A stretch of 35,372 bases of DNA, taken from Candidatus Zipacnadia bacterium. GTDB taxonomy: Bacteria; Armatimonadota; Zipacnadia; Zipacnadales; Zipacnadaceae. The notes below the pieces were generated by a model. That model was not told the DNA's origin, made no database searches, and was given only the letters and a program-made list of their open reading frames with translations. The position numbers and the translations under genes were made by a program. The DNA is taken from assembly GCA_029821455.1 (NCBI GenBank), contig JALGTI010000001.1, positions 1 through 35,372 on the forward strand, given 5' to 3'. Shown one piece after another: positions 17,605-27,551 of this stretch; within the stretch, counting starts at the first letter, position 1, and every line of letters starts with the position of its first letter.

Positions 17605-17958
17605 CTACTCCGCCAGTTCAAGTATCGCCATCTGCGCGGAGTCGCCACGTCTCATTCCTGCCCGAATGATCCTCGTGTACCCGCCGGCCCGATCCGCGTA
17701 GCGGGGCGCGATCTCGTCGAACAGGTGCTTGACCAGGTCGCGGTCAGGGATGTCACGCAACACCCGCCGCCGGGCAGCCAGGTCGCCACGCTTAGCAGTG
17801 GTGATGATCTTCTCAGCTAGACGGCAGGTCTCCCTGGCCTTCTGCAGCGTTGTCTTTATGCGGTTGTGCCGCAGCAAGGCGGCGGTCTGACTTCGCAGCA
17901 ACGCAATGCGCTGGTCAGTGGCACGCCCCAGTTTTCTGTGGTCTTTTCTATGTCGCAT
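17605..17958 (-). CDS. rplQ: 50S ribosomal protein bL17
   Basis: MRHRK..RKLGR, IKTT..KA, R.GGYTRI, RRGDSAQMA. Confidence 0.97.
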   Translation of the reverse strand: MRHRKDHRKLGRATDQRIALLRSQTAALLRHNRIKTTLQKARETCRLAEKIITTAKRGDLAARRRVLRDIPDRDLVKHLFDEIAPRYADRAGGYTRIIRAGMRRGDSAQMAILELAE

Positions 17959-17988
17959 AGCGATCCCTGTTTCCTTGCCAACGCCCTG

Positions 17989-18966
17989 TTATTGCTCTTC
18001 GCTCTCTTCCGCGGCCGCCTCGGGCAGGGCCAGGCCAAAGGACTGCAACTTCTCGATAACCTCCTCGAGGGACCGCTGCCCGAAGTTGCGGATATCCAGG
18101 AGGTCCTCCTCGGTCTTGATAATCAGTTGGCCAAGGGTGTTGATGCCTTCCTTCTTGAGGCAGTTGAAGGTTCGGACCGAGAAGTCGACATCCTCGATGG
18201 GCATGTCGAGGGCCTTATCATATATTTCCTCTGCGACCGGCCTGCCTTCCTCGGCGATGAGTGCCTCAGCGCTGATGCTTGCGAAGAGCGTTAGGTGGCC
18301 TATCAGGATGTTGGCTGCCATTCGCACGGCGGCGTCCGGCGCTACGGTTCCATTACCCCACACTTCGAGAATGAGCTTTTCCACGTCGGTGCGATGACCC
18401 AAGCGGGTAGGCTCCACACGGTACGACGCCCGTCTGATAGGCGAGAAGACAGCGTCGACTGGCACGATCCCCGGCCCTTTACGCCGCCGGTCGTGCTGTT
18501 CGACGGGCATAAAGCCGATGCCCTTGTCAACCCAGATCTCGATGCTGAGCTGGGCCGACTTGGTGCTCAGTTCAGCAATGTGCAACTCGGGGTTGAGAAT
18601 CTCGAGCTCCGGCGGGCAGACAATATCAGCTGCCGTCACCTTACCGATGCCGCTTGCCTCCAGGCGCAGGATGTGTTCGTCCTCCTCATCGGCCTCTGAA
18701 GGATGAAGCTTGACAGCCAACTCCTTGATGTTAAGCAGTATCTCTGTGCAGTCCTCAACCACCCCCGGCAAGGTGGCGAACTCGTGAAGGGCGCCGTCAA
18801 ACCGCAGATCGGTAACAGCCGCGCCCTCGATATGAGCCATCAACACTCGGCGCAAGGCTGAGCCTAGCGTGTGTCCGAAGCCGCGTCCCAGGGGCTCAAT
18901 TGAGAACTTGCCGTACTTGGGGTCAAGCGCCAGATTCACAATCTTAGGAACGATCCCCTCTAACAT
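17989..18966 (-). CDS. rpoA: RNA polymerase alpha subunit
   Basis: EPLGRGFGHTLGSALRRVL, LHEFATLPGVVED, FSVRTFNCLK, RNFGQRSLEE. Confidence 0.98.
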   Translation of the reverse strand: MLEGIVPKIVNLALDPKYGKFSIEPLGRGFGHTLGSALRRVLMAHIEGAAVTDLRFDGALHEFATLPGVVEDCTEILLNIKELAVKLHPSEADEEDEHILRLEASGIGKVTAADIVCPPELEILNPELHIAELSTKSAQLSIEIWVDKGIGFMPVEQHDRRRKGPGIVPVDAVFSPIRRASYRVEPTRLGHRTDVEKLILEVWGNGTVAPDAAVRMAANILIGHLTLFASISAEALIAEEGRPVAEEIYDKALDMPIEDVDFSVRTFNCLKKEGINTLGQLIIKTEEDLLDIRNFGQRSLEEVIEKLQSFGLALPEAAAEESEEQ

Positions 18967-19031
18967 CGCTTTGCTCTCCTTGCTATGTGTCCTGAAAGAT
19001 CAATGCGGTACTTGCCCCCATGTCAACTAGA

Positions 19032-19664
19032 CTAGCGGGAGTAGAATTCGATAACCTGCTGTTCCTGAACCTCGGTGTCAATCTCCTCGCGCGTCGGCAC
19101 AGCCACGACAGTTATTGTGCGCTGCTCAGGAGCTACCTGCAGCCAGCTCAAATTGCTACCGGAGCTGGCAGCCAGTGCCTGGACAATAGGCTGACTATCG
19201 CGGCTTCCCTCTCGTACAGTTATCACATCGCCCGGCCGGACACGGAAAGAGGGGATATTAACAACGCGCCCGTTAACGGCAAAGTGCCGGTGGCCGACCA
19301 GTTGACGTGCGGCAGGGCGACTGGCGGCAAAGCCGGCTCGCCAGACAACGTTATCCAGGCGGGTTTCCAGAAGCTGCAGTAGCACCTCACCGGCAACTCC
19401 CGAGCTGCGCTCGGCAGCGCGGATATAGCGCCGGAAGGGCTTTTCCAGTATGCCATAGATGCTGCGCAGTTTCTGCTTTTCGCGCAACTGGATGGCGTAG
19501 TCACTGGGCCGACGCCGTCTGCGAAAGCTATCTCCAAACTGCCCAGGGAGATAGGGTTTTTTCTGGAATGCACACTTGGGACCATAGCACCGCTGGCCCT
19601 TCAGGTACAGCTTCTGACCCTCTCTGCGACAGATTCTGCATGTAGCCTCGGTCTGCCGAGCCAT
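19032..19664 (-). CDS. rpsD: 30S ribosomal protein uS4 (Zn-binding form)
   Basis: CRICRREG.KLYLKG.RC...KC, QLREKQK, LETRLDNVV, IEFYSR. Confidence 0.97.
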   Translation of the reverse strand: MARQTEATCRICRREGQKLYLKGQRCYGPKCAFQKKPYLPGQFGDSFRRRRRPSDYAIQLREKQKLRSIYGILEKPFRRYIRAAERSSGVAGEVLLQLLETRLDNVVWRAGFAASRPAARQLVGHRHFAVNGRVVNIPSFRVRPGDVITVREGSRDSQPIVQALAASSGSNLSWLQVAPEQRTITVVAVPTREEIDTEVQEQQVIEFYSR

Positions 19665-19710
19665 TGTGTGACGTCACCTCCGAGAATCTACGCCCAAGCC
19701 GACCGCCAGC

Positions 19711-20115
19711 CTAGACACGGCGCCGCTTTTTGGGTCGGCAGCCGTTGTGTGGGATCGGCGTCACGTCCTTAATGTTGACAACCTCCAGGCCAGCGGCCTG
19801 CAATGCGCGGATTGCTGTCTCGCGACCGGAGCCGGCCCCCTTGACAAGGACGTCCACCTTCTGCATACCGAATTCCTGGGCTTTACGGGCGGCGGAGTCG
19901 GCGGCCAACTGGGCAGCGAAGGGCGTGCCTTTCTTGGTTCCCGAAAAGCCGATTGACCCCCCGTTGGCCCAGCACAGCACGTTGCCCTGAGGGTCGGCGA
20001 TAGTCACGATAGTGTTGTTGTAGGTGGACTTGATATGGGCCCGACCGTAAGGGACTTGGCGCTTGACCTTGCCCCTGCGCGGCACCGCCACAGCCTGTTG
20101 TCTTTCCTCGTTCAT
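19711..20115 (-). CDS. rpsK: 30S ribosomal protein uS11
   Basis: [49 protein letters not shown] follows a GGAGGT SD. Confidence 0.97.
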   Translation of the reverse strand: MNEERQQAVAVPRRGKVKRQVPYGRAHIKSTYNNTIVTIADPQGNVLCWANGGSIGFSGTKKGTPFAAQLAADSAARKAQEFGMQKVDVLVKGAGSGRETAIRALQAAGLEVVNIKDVTPIPHNGCRPKKRRRV

Positions 20116-20162
20116 GCAAGCTACCTCCATAGAATACCAGCCGAGGCCTGTTACAAATGCCC

Positions 20163-20543
20163 CTACTTCTGTACTTCCCGCCTGCGACCGGCTACCGTCT
20201 TTTTTCGGCCCTTACGGGTACGGGCGTTGGTACGGGTACGCTGGCCGCGGACGGGCAGGCCCCGACGATGGCGCACCCCACGGTAAGTACCAATCTCGAT
20301 GAGGCGCTGGATGTGACCCTGGACCTCGCGCCGCCTGTCGCCCTCAATGGTGTAGTCGCGCTCAATCACCTCGCGCAAGCGCGCTGCCTCGTCCTCGGTG
20401 ATGTCACGCATCCGCGTTGCCGGGTTGATGCCCGTCTTTTTGAGAAGCTCCTTGGCTGAGGTGTGCCCAATGCCATGAATGTACGTAAGGGCCACCTCAA
20501 CGCGCTTATCCCTAGGTAGGTCTACGCCGACAATCCTAGGCAC
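20163..20543 (-). CDS. rpsM: 30S ribosomal protein uS13
   Basis: RIVGVDLP..K...[35 protein letters not shown]. Confidence 0.97.
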   Translation of the reverse strand: MPRIVGVDLPRDKRVEVALTYIHGIGHTSAKELLKKTGINPATRMRDITEDEAARLREVIERDYTIEGDRRREVQGHIQRLIEIGTYRGVRHRRGLPVRGQRTRTNARTRKGRKKTVAGRRREVQK

Positions 20544-20649
20544 TATCTTGGCCTCCTTAGAGCCTCTGACTGAACTGCCTGACTGACCAGTGCCAGATCG
20601 AGGCTAACGGCCCCGCTCTGGCAGGCGCGTCCATTGCTTGCACACAAGC

Positions 20650-20763
20650 CTACCCCTGCCGCTGCTTGTGGCGGGGGTTAGAGCAGATCACCCGCACCAC
20701 CCCGCGGCGACGGACTATCTTGCACTTATCACAACGTTTCTTTACGGATGCCTGTACCTTCAT
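20650..20763 (-). CDS. rpmJ: 50S ribosomal protein bL36 (absent from the ORF track)
   Basis: Manual translation: [37 protein letters not shown]. Confidence 0.97.
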   Translation of the reverse strand: MKVQASVKKRCDKCKIVRRRGVVRVICSNPRHKQRQG

Positions 20764-20832
20764 CGTCATACATCCATTCCTTTAGCTGGGCCGGCAGTGG
20801 CTGAGGTGCGGTTTGCTGGTGAGGCAGCCCTG

Positions 20833-21093
20833 CTATTTGTGTAGCCACACGATGCGGCCCTTGCCCGGGTCATCCAACGACCACTCAATGGTTACCTTAT
20901 CACCGGCCATAATACGAATGTAGCGCATCCGCATCTTGCCGCAGATATAGGCCAGAATCTGCCGACCATTTTCCAGCTCCACATTGAACATCGCGTTGGG
21001 GAGCTTTTCCACAACCCTCCCCATCACCCGCAGCTTCTTGCCGGCCTTTTTCTTCTGGTCCCTTTCGCGGTCAGCTTGTCTGTTCTTTGGCAT
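20833..21093 (-). CDS. infA: Translation initiation factor IF-1 (divergent)
   Basis: [22 protein letters not shown]...[14 protein letters not shown]; position map-infA-rpmJ. Confidence 0.9.
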   Translation of the reverse strand: MPKNRQADRERDQKKKAGKKLRVMGRVVEKLPNAMFNVELENGRQILAYICGKMRMRYIRIMAGDKVTIEWSLDDPGKGRIVWLHK

Positions 21094-21134
21094 ACTCAGC
21101 TTTCCTACTGACTTGCTCGCCCGCCCTATTAGCT

Positions 21135-21923
21135 TTACTGCCTGCTGGTCAGTATCTCCGGTTTTCCCTTGGTCACGACGATGGTGTGTTCCCAGTGCGC
21201 CGAGGGCTTGCCATCCACCGTGCGCACGGTCCAACCATCTGAGTCCTGAGTGACTCCCGCCAGCCCCATATTGACCATCGGCTCGATGGCCAGCGTCATT
21301 CCAGGCCGCAGTGTCACATCGTAATCAGCAAACTCCCCCTCCTCCACGAAGTTCGGCACCTGGGGCGGCTCGTGCATTTCCCGGCCGATACCGTGACCTA
21401 CCAACTCGCGCACCACGCTGTAGCCATGGGCCTCAACATACGCCTGGATAGCCTGGGACACCTCTCGCAAACGGTTTCCCGCAACAGCCTGCTCAAGCCC
21501 CGCATATAAGGCCTGCTCAGTTACTGCCATCAGCCGCCGCGCCGCTTTGCCCACCTCGCCGAGGGCCACAGTGATGGCCGAATCGCCGTGGTAACCATCA
21601 ATGTACGCGCCCAGGTCAATGCCGAGTATCTTCCCGTCTGGCAGCGGCCTCTCGTTCGGAATGCCATGGACCACGATATCGTCCAACTCGGCACAAATCG
21701 TGGCCGGATAACCCCGGTAGCCCAGAAACGATGGTTCTGCGCCGTGGCGGCGGATGTTATCTTCGGCGATTTTGTCAAGCTCCAGTGTTGTCACGCCCGG
21801 GCGGGCACATTCGGCTATCAACTGCAGTGTCTCGGCCACTATCTGCCCTGCCCGGTGCATTGCGGCCACTTCGCGTTTGGTCTTGCGGTTGACTCTTGGC
21901 GGCCGACCGGCTCGACTGGACAT
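21135..21923 (-). CDS. map: Methionine aminopeptidase type I
   Basis: [56 protein letters not shown]. Confidence 0.97.
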   Translation of the reverse strand: MSSRAGRPPRVNRKTKREVAAMHRAGQIVAETLQLIAECARPGVTTLELDKIAEDNIRRHGAEPSFLGYRGYPATICAELDDIVVHGIPNERPLPDGKILGIDLGAYIDGYHGDSAITVALGEVGKAARRLMAVTEQALYAGLEQAVAGNRLREVSQAIQAYVEAHGYSVVRELVGHGIGREMHEPPQVPNFVEEGEFADYDVTLRPGMTLAIEPMVNMGLAGVTQDSDGWTVRTVDGKPSAHWEHTIVVTKGKPEILTSRQ

Positions 21924-21924
21924 T

Positions 21925-22596
21925 CTATGCTCCCTCGTCAGGACCAGCGGCCAGCCTATCCAGCATTGCGTCGCGCACCTCATCTATAGGGCCTTCGCCG
22001 GGCACCGCAACCAACTGCCCACGGTCAGTATAGTAAGGCACCAGCGGGTCGGTCTGCTGATGATAGACGCGCAGCCGCTCCGCGATGGCCTCCTTTTGGT
22101 CATCAGGACGCTGATATATCTTCCCACCACAGGCTGGGCAGGTGTCGCCCACGTCCAGGTTATGCTGAGCCACATGGTAGATGGCATTGCACTCCCGGCA
22201 CATCCGCCGCCCACTCAGCCGGCGTAGGATCTCTTCGTCGTCAACCACGATATTGACAACACGCGGCTGCGCCAGGCCCAGTTCATCTACCATTGCGCTG
22301 AGCGCCTCGGCTTGCGCTAGCGTACGCGGGAACCCGTCGAGCAAGAACCCTGCCTCACAGTCTGACTCCTGGACCCGCTGCCGCACGATGTTGATGACCA
22401 GGTCGTCCGGTACCAGCTTGCCCGCATTCATATACTCCTGGCCCTGGCGGCCGAGTTCAGTACCCTTCTCCACCGCCTCGCGTAACATATCGCCGGTCGA
22501 GATGTGAGCCACACCGAACCGCTTGACCAGCGCAGCAGCCTGGGTGCCCTTGCCCGCTCCCGGAGGGCCTAGCAGAATGAAGTTGCGCTGGGCCAT
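21925..22596 (-). CDS. adk: Adenylate kinase with Zn-binding LID
   Basis: GPPGAGKGTQ, HISTGDMLR, LLDGFPRT, LID CREC...CPAC. Confidence 0.97.
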   Translation of the reverse strand: MAQRNFILLGPPGAGKGTQAAALVKRFGVAHISTGDMLREAVEKGTELGRQGQEYMNAGKLVPDDLVINIVRQRVQESDCEAGFLLDGFPRTLAQAEALSAMVDELGLAQPRVVNIVVDDEEILRRLSGRRMCRECNAIYHVAQHNLDVGDTCPACGGKIYQRPDDQKEAIAERLRVYHQQTDPLVPYYTDRGQLVAVPGEGPIDEVRDAMLDRLAAGPDEGA

Positions 22597-22642
22597 CTAC
22601 CGGTCACCCTCGTAGTGGCTCCCTGAGGAACTATCGTTCCTC

Positions 22643-23974
22643 TTAGGACAGGAAGCCTCTGTACTGACGCATTAAGAGCTGTGCCTCAATCTGCTGCATC
22701 GTATCCAGCGCCACGCCGACCACGATCAGCAGCGAAGTACCACCCACGAGGTTGAATGTTGACACACCGGTAATGGGGCCAACGTAATACTGCATTATGG
22801 CAATGAAGCCCAGGAACAACGCCCCGGCCAGGGTGATACGATACAGTATCTTGTCAAGGTAATCGCGGGTGCGTTCCCCCGGTCTGATGCCGGGGACCGC
22901 GCCCCCATTCTTCTGCAGATTGTCGGCAATTTGCTCTGGGTTGAACGTTACTGCGGTATAGAAGTACGTGAACAGAATCACCAGGATGAAATACAGGAAC
23001 GATGCAAAATGATTGCCAACCCCAGGGGCTGTGTAGTTTACCAGCGCGTTGACCGCGTTCCTTACTGCGTCTTCGGCGATCCCCAGCCGCGCGACCAGGC
23101 CGATGAAGCCCTCTGAAAGCAAGAGTCTTGCAATAGTTGCCGGGAACATCGAAACAGATATAGCAAAGATAATCGGAATGACCCCGGCCTGGTTAACCCG
23201 CAGCGGCAGGAAGCTGGACTGTCCGCCATAGACCCTCTGGCCTTTGACCCGCTTGGTGTACTGTACCGGTATCTTACGCTCAGCCTGCTGCACCTTGACG
23301 ATGCCATAGATGGTGGCCAGGAAGATGGCAACCAGTAGTGCGATGTTGGCAATGGTTATCTCGCGCCCTTCCCACAACTTGTAGGTTTGTGCCATATCCT
23401 GCGGCATACGAGTCATAATTCCCACGAAGATGATAAGGGAGACGCCCTGGCCGATGCCGCGCTCAGTGATACGATTCCCAATGTACATCAGGAACATCGT
23501 GCCAGAGGTCATCATCAGTATGTCAAAGATCGTGATGAATCTGTCGCCGATAAAAGCGTTCGCCCCACGGAACATTGCAATCATACCGGCTGCCTGCAGC
23601 ACCGCCAGGGCCACTGTCAGATAGCGCGTCCAGGCCTGCAGCTTCTTCTGCCCCCACTCGCCCTCCCTTTGTAGCTGCTCCAGAGAGGGGATCGCCATAA
23701 CCAGGAGCTGGAAGATAATCGAGGCGTTAATGTAGGGCATAATGCCCAGAGCTAGGATCGAGAAGCGCTTGAGCGAGCCGCCCACGAAGACATCCAACAG
23801 GTCCATCAGCCCACCGCCAGCGAAAAAGTTGGCGAGCTGCTCCTTGTCAATGCCTGGCAGCGGGATGTGCGCACAGAACACGTACAGCGCAAACATCGTA
23901 AAGACAAAGAATATGCGCTTGCGCACATCCGGCAGCTTCATCGCCATGGCCAGGTTAGCCAGGCGCTCCTTCAT
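22643..23974 (-). CDS. secY: Preprotein translocase SecY
   Basis: SILALGIMPYINASII, GIGQGVSLIIF, NQAGVIPIIFA, PGIRPG, GGTSLLIVVGVALDT. Confidence 0.98.
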   Translation of the reverse strand: MKERLANLAMAMKLPDVRKRIFFVFTMFALYVFCAHIPLPGIDKEQLANFFAGGGLMDLLDVFVGGSLKRFSILALGIMPYINASIIFQLLVMAIPSLEQLQREGEWGQKKLQAWTRYLTVALAVLQAAGMIAMFRGANAFIGDRFITIFDILMMTSGTMFLMYIGNRITERGIGQGVSLIIFVGIMTRMPQDMAQTYKLWEGREITIANIALLVAIFLATIYGIVKVQQAERKIPVQYTKRVKGQRVYGGQSSFLPLRVNQAGVIPIIFAISVSMFPATIARLLLSEGFIGLVARLGIAEDAVRNAVNALVNYTAPGVGNHFASFLYFILVILFTYFYTAVTFNPEQIADNLQKNGGAVPGIRPGERTRDYLDKILYRITLAGALFLGFIAIMQYYVGPITGVSTFNLVGGTSLLIVVGVALDTMQQIEAQLLMRQYRGFLS

Positions 23975-24432
23975 TGCTCAATCACCTCGACGGTGCCACC
24001 GGCTTTCTCGATCTTCTCCCGGGCAGTCGCGCTGAATGCATTCGCCCGGACGGTCAGGGCCCTGCTGAGTTCGCCTTCACCAAGCACCTTCAGTCCGTCG
24101 CGCAGCTTGCTCACCAGGCCAGCCTCCAGCACCGTCTCTGGGCTGACCTCCGCCCCGCTCTCGAGGCGCTCCAGTTGCCCCACATTCACTATAGACATCT
24201 GTTGGCGGAACATCCCAATATTGTGGGCGCGGTTGGAGCGTCCCCGCAAGGCCGGAAGCTGACGATAAATCGGGCTGCCGCCACCCTCAAACCCTACCCG
24301 CACCTTGCTGCGATACTTCTGCCCCTTCTGGCCGCGACCAGCAGTCTTGCCACCCGCCCCCGCTTGGCCGCGGGCGACACGCTTGCGGCGCTTGCGACGC
24401 GCTGGATCAGGCTGTACCTGCGTCAGGTTCAT
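23971..24432 (-). CDS. rplO: 50S ribosomal protein uL15
   Basis: GKTAGRGQKGQK.R, GFEGG, KVLGEGEL, FSATAREKIEKAGG; overlaps the secY start by 4 nt. Confidence 0.96.
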   Translation of the reverse strand: MNLTQVQPDPARRKRRKRVARGQAGAGGKTAGRGQKGQKYRSKVRVGFEGGGSPIYRQLPALRGRSNRAHNIGMFRQQMSIVNVGQLERLESGAEVSPETVLEAGLVSKLRDGLKVLGEGELSRALTVRANAFSATAREKIEKAGGTVEVIEQ

Positions 24433-24470
24433 ACTCTTAACTCCTCAGAAACCACCTAGTACTAGTGTCT

Positions 24471-24839
24471 CTAAAACTCCAGACCGGCTTCCCTGGCCGC
24501 ATCAGCCAGGGCCTTGACCTTACCGAAGTACGGCCAGCCAGCGCGGTCAAAAACTACCTGCTTGATACCCTTATCCAGCGCCCGCCGGGCGATCGCCTCA
24601 CCGACGGCCTGAGCCGCTGCAATGTTGCCGGTCCCGTTGAGACCCTTTGCGATTGGCGCCTCACGGGTGCTGGCAGCCACGAGCGTATGCTCGCCATCAT
24701 CATCAATGATCTGGGCGTACATATGCCTCAGTGTCTTAGTGACACACAGACGCGGACATTCGGCGGTGCCTCGAATCTTGCTGCGCACCCGCAGTTGTCG
24801 CCGCCTGCGCCGATCTGTTTTGGCAAGTCCGGGACTCAC
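24471..24839 (-). CDS. rplR: 50S ribosomal protein uL18
   Basis: GTAECPRL, YAQIIDD...TLVAAST, VVFDRAG...GKVKALADAAREAGLEF. GTG start follows an AAGGTG SD. Confidence 0.96.
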   Translation of the reverse strand: MSPGLAKTDRRRRRQLRVRSKIRGTAECPRLCVTKTLRHMYAQIIDDDGEHTLVAASTREAPIAKGLNGTGNIAAAQAVGEAIARRALDKGIKQVVFDRAGWPYFGKVKALADAAREAGLEF

Positions 24840-24909
24840 TGCACTACACCTTCTCAATCTCGGCCAGAGCTAGGGCCAACTGTCTTGTGTCCCACAACGC
24901 GTTTCACAC

Positions 24910-25461
24910 CTAGGCAACGCCGATCTTAGCTGCCTTGCCGGCCTTGCGCCGCACGTGTTCCCCAACGTAGCGGATGCCCTTGCCCTTGTACGGCTCGACC
25001 TTACGCACCGCTCTGATCTCGGCAGCGATTTGTCCTACTAACTGCTTATCAGCGCCACGTACGCTAATGAGCGTGTTTTCCTCCACAGCAAACTCAATCC
25101 CCTCAGGCGGCTCCACCACAACATCGTGACTATGACCCACCCGGAGCCGCAGGTTCTTGCCTTCCAACTGCGCACGGTAGCCCACGCCCTGAATCTCCAG
25201 ACGCTTCTCAAAGCCCTGGGAGACCCCTTCGATCATGTTAGCCAACAGGCTGCGGGTCAAGCCGTGGAGGGCGCGGTGTTCTTTGGCGTCGGTGGGACGC
25301 TTGACCGCAATGTCTTTATCCTCAACCTCGATAGTCATCTCGGCCGGCAGGCGCTGGGATACCTCTCCCTGTGGCCCACTGACCGTGACCACGTTGCCCT
25401 TGTCTACTGTTACTTTGACCTTCTCAGGTAGCTGTATTGGTTGCTGTCCGATGCGAGACAT
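24910..25461 (-). CDS. rplF: 50S ribosomal protein uL6
   Basis: MSRIG..PI, ALHGLTRSLLANM..GVS.GF, EPYKGKGIRY. Confidence 0.97.
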   Translation of the reverse strand: MSRIGQQPIQLPEKVKVTVDKGNVVTVSGPQGEVSQRLPAEMTIEVEDKDIAVKRPTDAKEHRALHGLTRSLLANMIEGVSQGFEKRLEIQGVGYRAQLEGKNLRLRVGHSHDVVVEPPEGIEFAVEENTLISVRGADKQLVGQIAAEIRAVRKVEPYKGKGIRYVGEHVRRKAGKAAKIGVA

Positions 25462-25496
25462 CTGAGTTCTCTCCCTGCCATGGCAATGGTGAGTGG

Positions 25497-25892
25497 CTAC
25501 CAGATGTAGCCTAGCACTTCGCCTCCGACGCCGTGCTTTCGCGCCTCCTCGGCGGTCATCAAGCCCTCGCTGGTGGAAATCAGAGCGATACCCAGCCCGT
25601 TGAGCACGCGCGGGAGGTCTCTCTTGCCCACATACACCCTCCTGCCCGGCTTGCTTACCCGCTTGAGACCCTTCACAATGGGCATGCGATGCTCATCGTA
25701 CTTGAGCCTGATGCGCATCTCGCGGCCCTTGGCTACCAGTTGATAGCCACGGATATAGCCCTCTTGATGCAGGATGTTGGCAATCTCCAGCTTCAGCTTG
25801 GACACTGGCACCCGCACATTCGGGTGGCCCACCTGGGCCGCATTGCGAATTCTCGTGAGCATATCTGCAATTGGATCGGTCAAAGCAGCCAT
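25497..25892 (-). CDS. rpsH: 30S ribosomal protein uS8
   Basis: [47 protein letters not shown] follows an AGGAGGT SD. Confidence 0.97.
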   Translation of the reverse strand: MAALTDPIADMLTRIRNAAQVGHPNVRVPVSKLKLEIANILHQEGYIRGYQLVAKGREMRIRLKYDEHRMPIVKGLKRVSKPGRRVYVGKRDLPRVLNGLGIALISTSEGLMTAEEARKHGVGGEVLGYIW

Positions 25893-25920
25893 CTGCTTAC
25901 CTCCTGAAATGGCGCTTCGG

Positions 25921-26106
25921 CTACCAGCTTGATTTCCTAACTCCAGGGATATTGCCGCGTAAGGCGTTCTCGCGGAAACAGATACGACAGATGCCAAACT
26001 TGCGCATATAGCCGCGCCGCCGGCCACACAAGCCGCAGCGGTTGTAGGCCCGGCTGGAGAACTTGGCCGGCCTCTTCTGTTTGGCAATCCAGGATTTCTT
26101 CGCCAC
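25921..26106 (-). CDS. rpsN: 30S ribosomal protein uS14, short Zn-binding type Z
   Basis: 61 aa; RCGLCGR...[18 protein letters not shown]. Confidence 0.97.
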   Translation of the reverse strand: MAKKSWIAKQKRPAKFSSRAYNRCGLCGRRRGYMRKFGICRICFRENALRGNIPGVRKSSW

Positions 26107-26140
26107 TCTATCAAGCCTCCTGAAGCTGACAGGTCAAAGT

Positions 26141-26704
26141 CTACGGCGTCTCCGCGCCGGCCCGCAGCGGCATGCCGAACGCCCGCAGCAGTGCCTCCGC
26201 TTCCTCGTCTGTCTTTGCCGTGGTCACGATGGTTATGTCCATACCCCGGCTCTTCTCAACATCGTCATAACCCAGCTCCGGAAAGATGAGATGGTCTGTG
26301 ATCCCCAGGCTATAATTCCCTCGGCCATCGAAGGCGTCAGCCGACAGGCCGCGGAAGTCGCGGATGCGAGGCAGTGCCAGACTGATGAGCCTGTCGAGAA
26401 ACTCCCACATCCGGTTACCGCGCAGTGTCGCCCGGCAGCCAATGGGCATCCCCTGTCTTATCTGAAACGCCGCCACCGATTTCTTGGCGCGCGTGATGCA
26501 GGGGCGCTGGCCCAAAACCAATGCCAGTTCCTGCACCGCCCGCTCCAGCGTCTCGGCCTGGCTCCGTGCATCACCTACGCCCATATTGACGCAGATCTTT
26601 TCCAGCCGTGGCGCTTGCCACATATTCCTGTAACCGAAGCGCTCGATTAGCTGGTCACGGACCTCCTGCTCATAACGTTGTTTGAGTCTTGGCTTATCGG
26701 CCAT
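26141..26704 (-). CDS. rplE: 50S ribosomal protein uL5
   Basis: [55 protein letters not shown]. Confidence 0.97.
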   Translation of the reverse strand: MADKPRLKQRYEQEVRDQLIERFGYRNMWQAPRLEKICVNMGVGDARSQAETLERAVQELALVLGQRPCITRAKKSVAAFQIRQGMPIGCRATLRGNRMWEFLDRLISLALPRIRDFRGLSADAFDGRGNYSLGITDHLIFPELGYDDVEKSRGMDITIVTTAKTDEEAEALLRAFGMPLRAGAETP

Positions 26705-26773
26705 CAATCTCGCCTACGCTTTCACTGGCCGCCTTGAAGCTGCGACGCTGGCGCCGCGCCAGCGGCCTGGCGA

Positions 26774-27118
26774 CTACTCATCTATCTGCCGATCACACTT
26801 CTTGCAATAGCGTACCTTGCGCCCATCCTCGCGAATCCGATAGCCCACCCGGGTTGGCTTGTCGCACGCCGGACATATCAGCATCACATTTGACACATCC
26901 ACGGGCCCGGGGCTTTCGATGATGCCGCCCTGGCGCACTTTCTGCGTCTGGCGCACTGCCCGCTTGATAATGTTCAAGCCGTCTACCAGTACCCGACGCT
27001 GCTTGGGCATCACGCCGATGACCCGACCACGCTTGGGGCTGTTGTGGAATGAGCGATCCTTGCCGGCCATCACCAGCACCTCATCCCCACGCTTAATCTT
27101 AAGGTTGTTCTTGGCCAT
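26774..27118 (-). CDS. rplX: 50S ribosomal protein uL24
   Basis: KOW motif IKRGDEVLVMAGKDR, GGIIE, SNVMLICPAC...CKKC. Confidence 0.96.
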   Translation of the reverse strand: MAKNNLKIKRGDEVLVMAGKDRSFHNSPKRGRVIGVMPKQRRVLVDGLNIIKRAVRQTQKVRQGGIIESPGPVDVSNVMLICPACDKPTRVGYRIREDGRKVRYCKKCDRQIDE

Positions 27119-27157
27119 ATCTATCTTCCCCCTGCCCACACCTGGAGCGCCTGCATT

Positions 27158-27526
27158 CTAGACGACCTCCGGGGCCAGCGAGATGATCTTCATATACTGT
27201 TTCACTCGCAGTTCACGCGCCACAGGCCCGAATACACGGGTACAGCGCGGGTTCTTAGTCTCATCCACGATTACAACCGCGTTGTCATCAAACCGCACCT
27301 GAGTGCCATCAGGCCGCACTACAGGCTGACTGCAGCGCACCACCACTGCCCGCAGCAGCTCGCCCTTAGAAATCGGGCTGGAAGGGGCAACTTGCTTGGC
27401 AGAGCAGACAATCTCGTCCCCCAGTGACGCATAGCGGCTGGCACCGCGCCCCATCACCCGAATGCAGCCGACTTCCTGAACCCCTGAGTTGTCGGTTACC
27501 TTAAGGCGTGTCTGCATCTGTATCAT
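27158..27526 (-). CDS. rplN: 50S ribosomal protein uL14
   Basis: MIQMQTRL.V.DNSG, RFDDNAVVI, TRVFGPVARELR, KIISLAPEV. Confidence 0.97.
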   Translation of the reverse strand: MIQMQTRLKVTDNSGVQEVGCIRVMGRGASRYASLGDEIVCSAKQVAPSSPISKGELLRAVVVRCSQPVVRPDGTQVRFDDNAVVIVDETKNPRCTRVFGPVARELRVKQYMKIISLAPEVV

Positions 27527-27551
27527 CGCACGTTCCTCCGTGCTGCAATGC

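Noticed and set aside
24456-24465. CTAGTACTAG 10-bp palindrome at the junction where rpsE/rpmD are missing
   Set aside because: Too short to distinguish from chance, and there are no flanking direct repeats or IS ends to call it an excision scar.
12976-26106. Zn-binding forms of bL32, uS4, bL36, uS14 and the Adk LID
   Set aside because: These are the ordinary ancestral forms in many Terrabacteria and anaerobes.
25893-26114. 205-aa version of rpsH overlapping rpsN
   Set aside because: An AGGAGGT SD precedes ATG 25892, giving a normal 131-aa uS8. The upstream part is an off-frame reading of rpsN.
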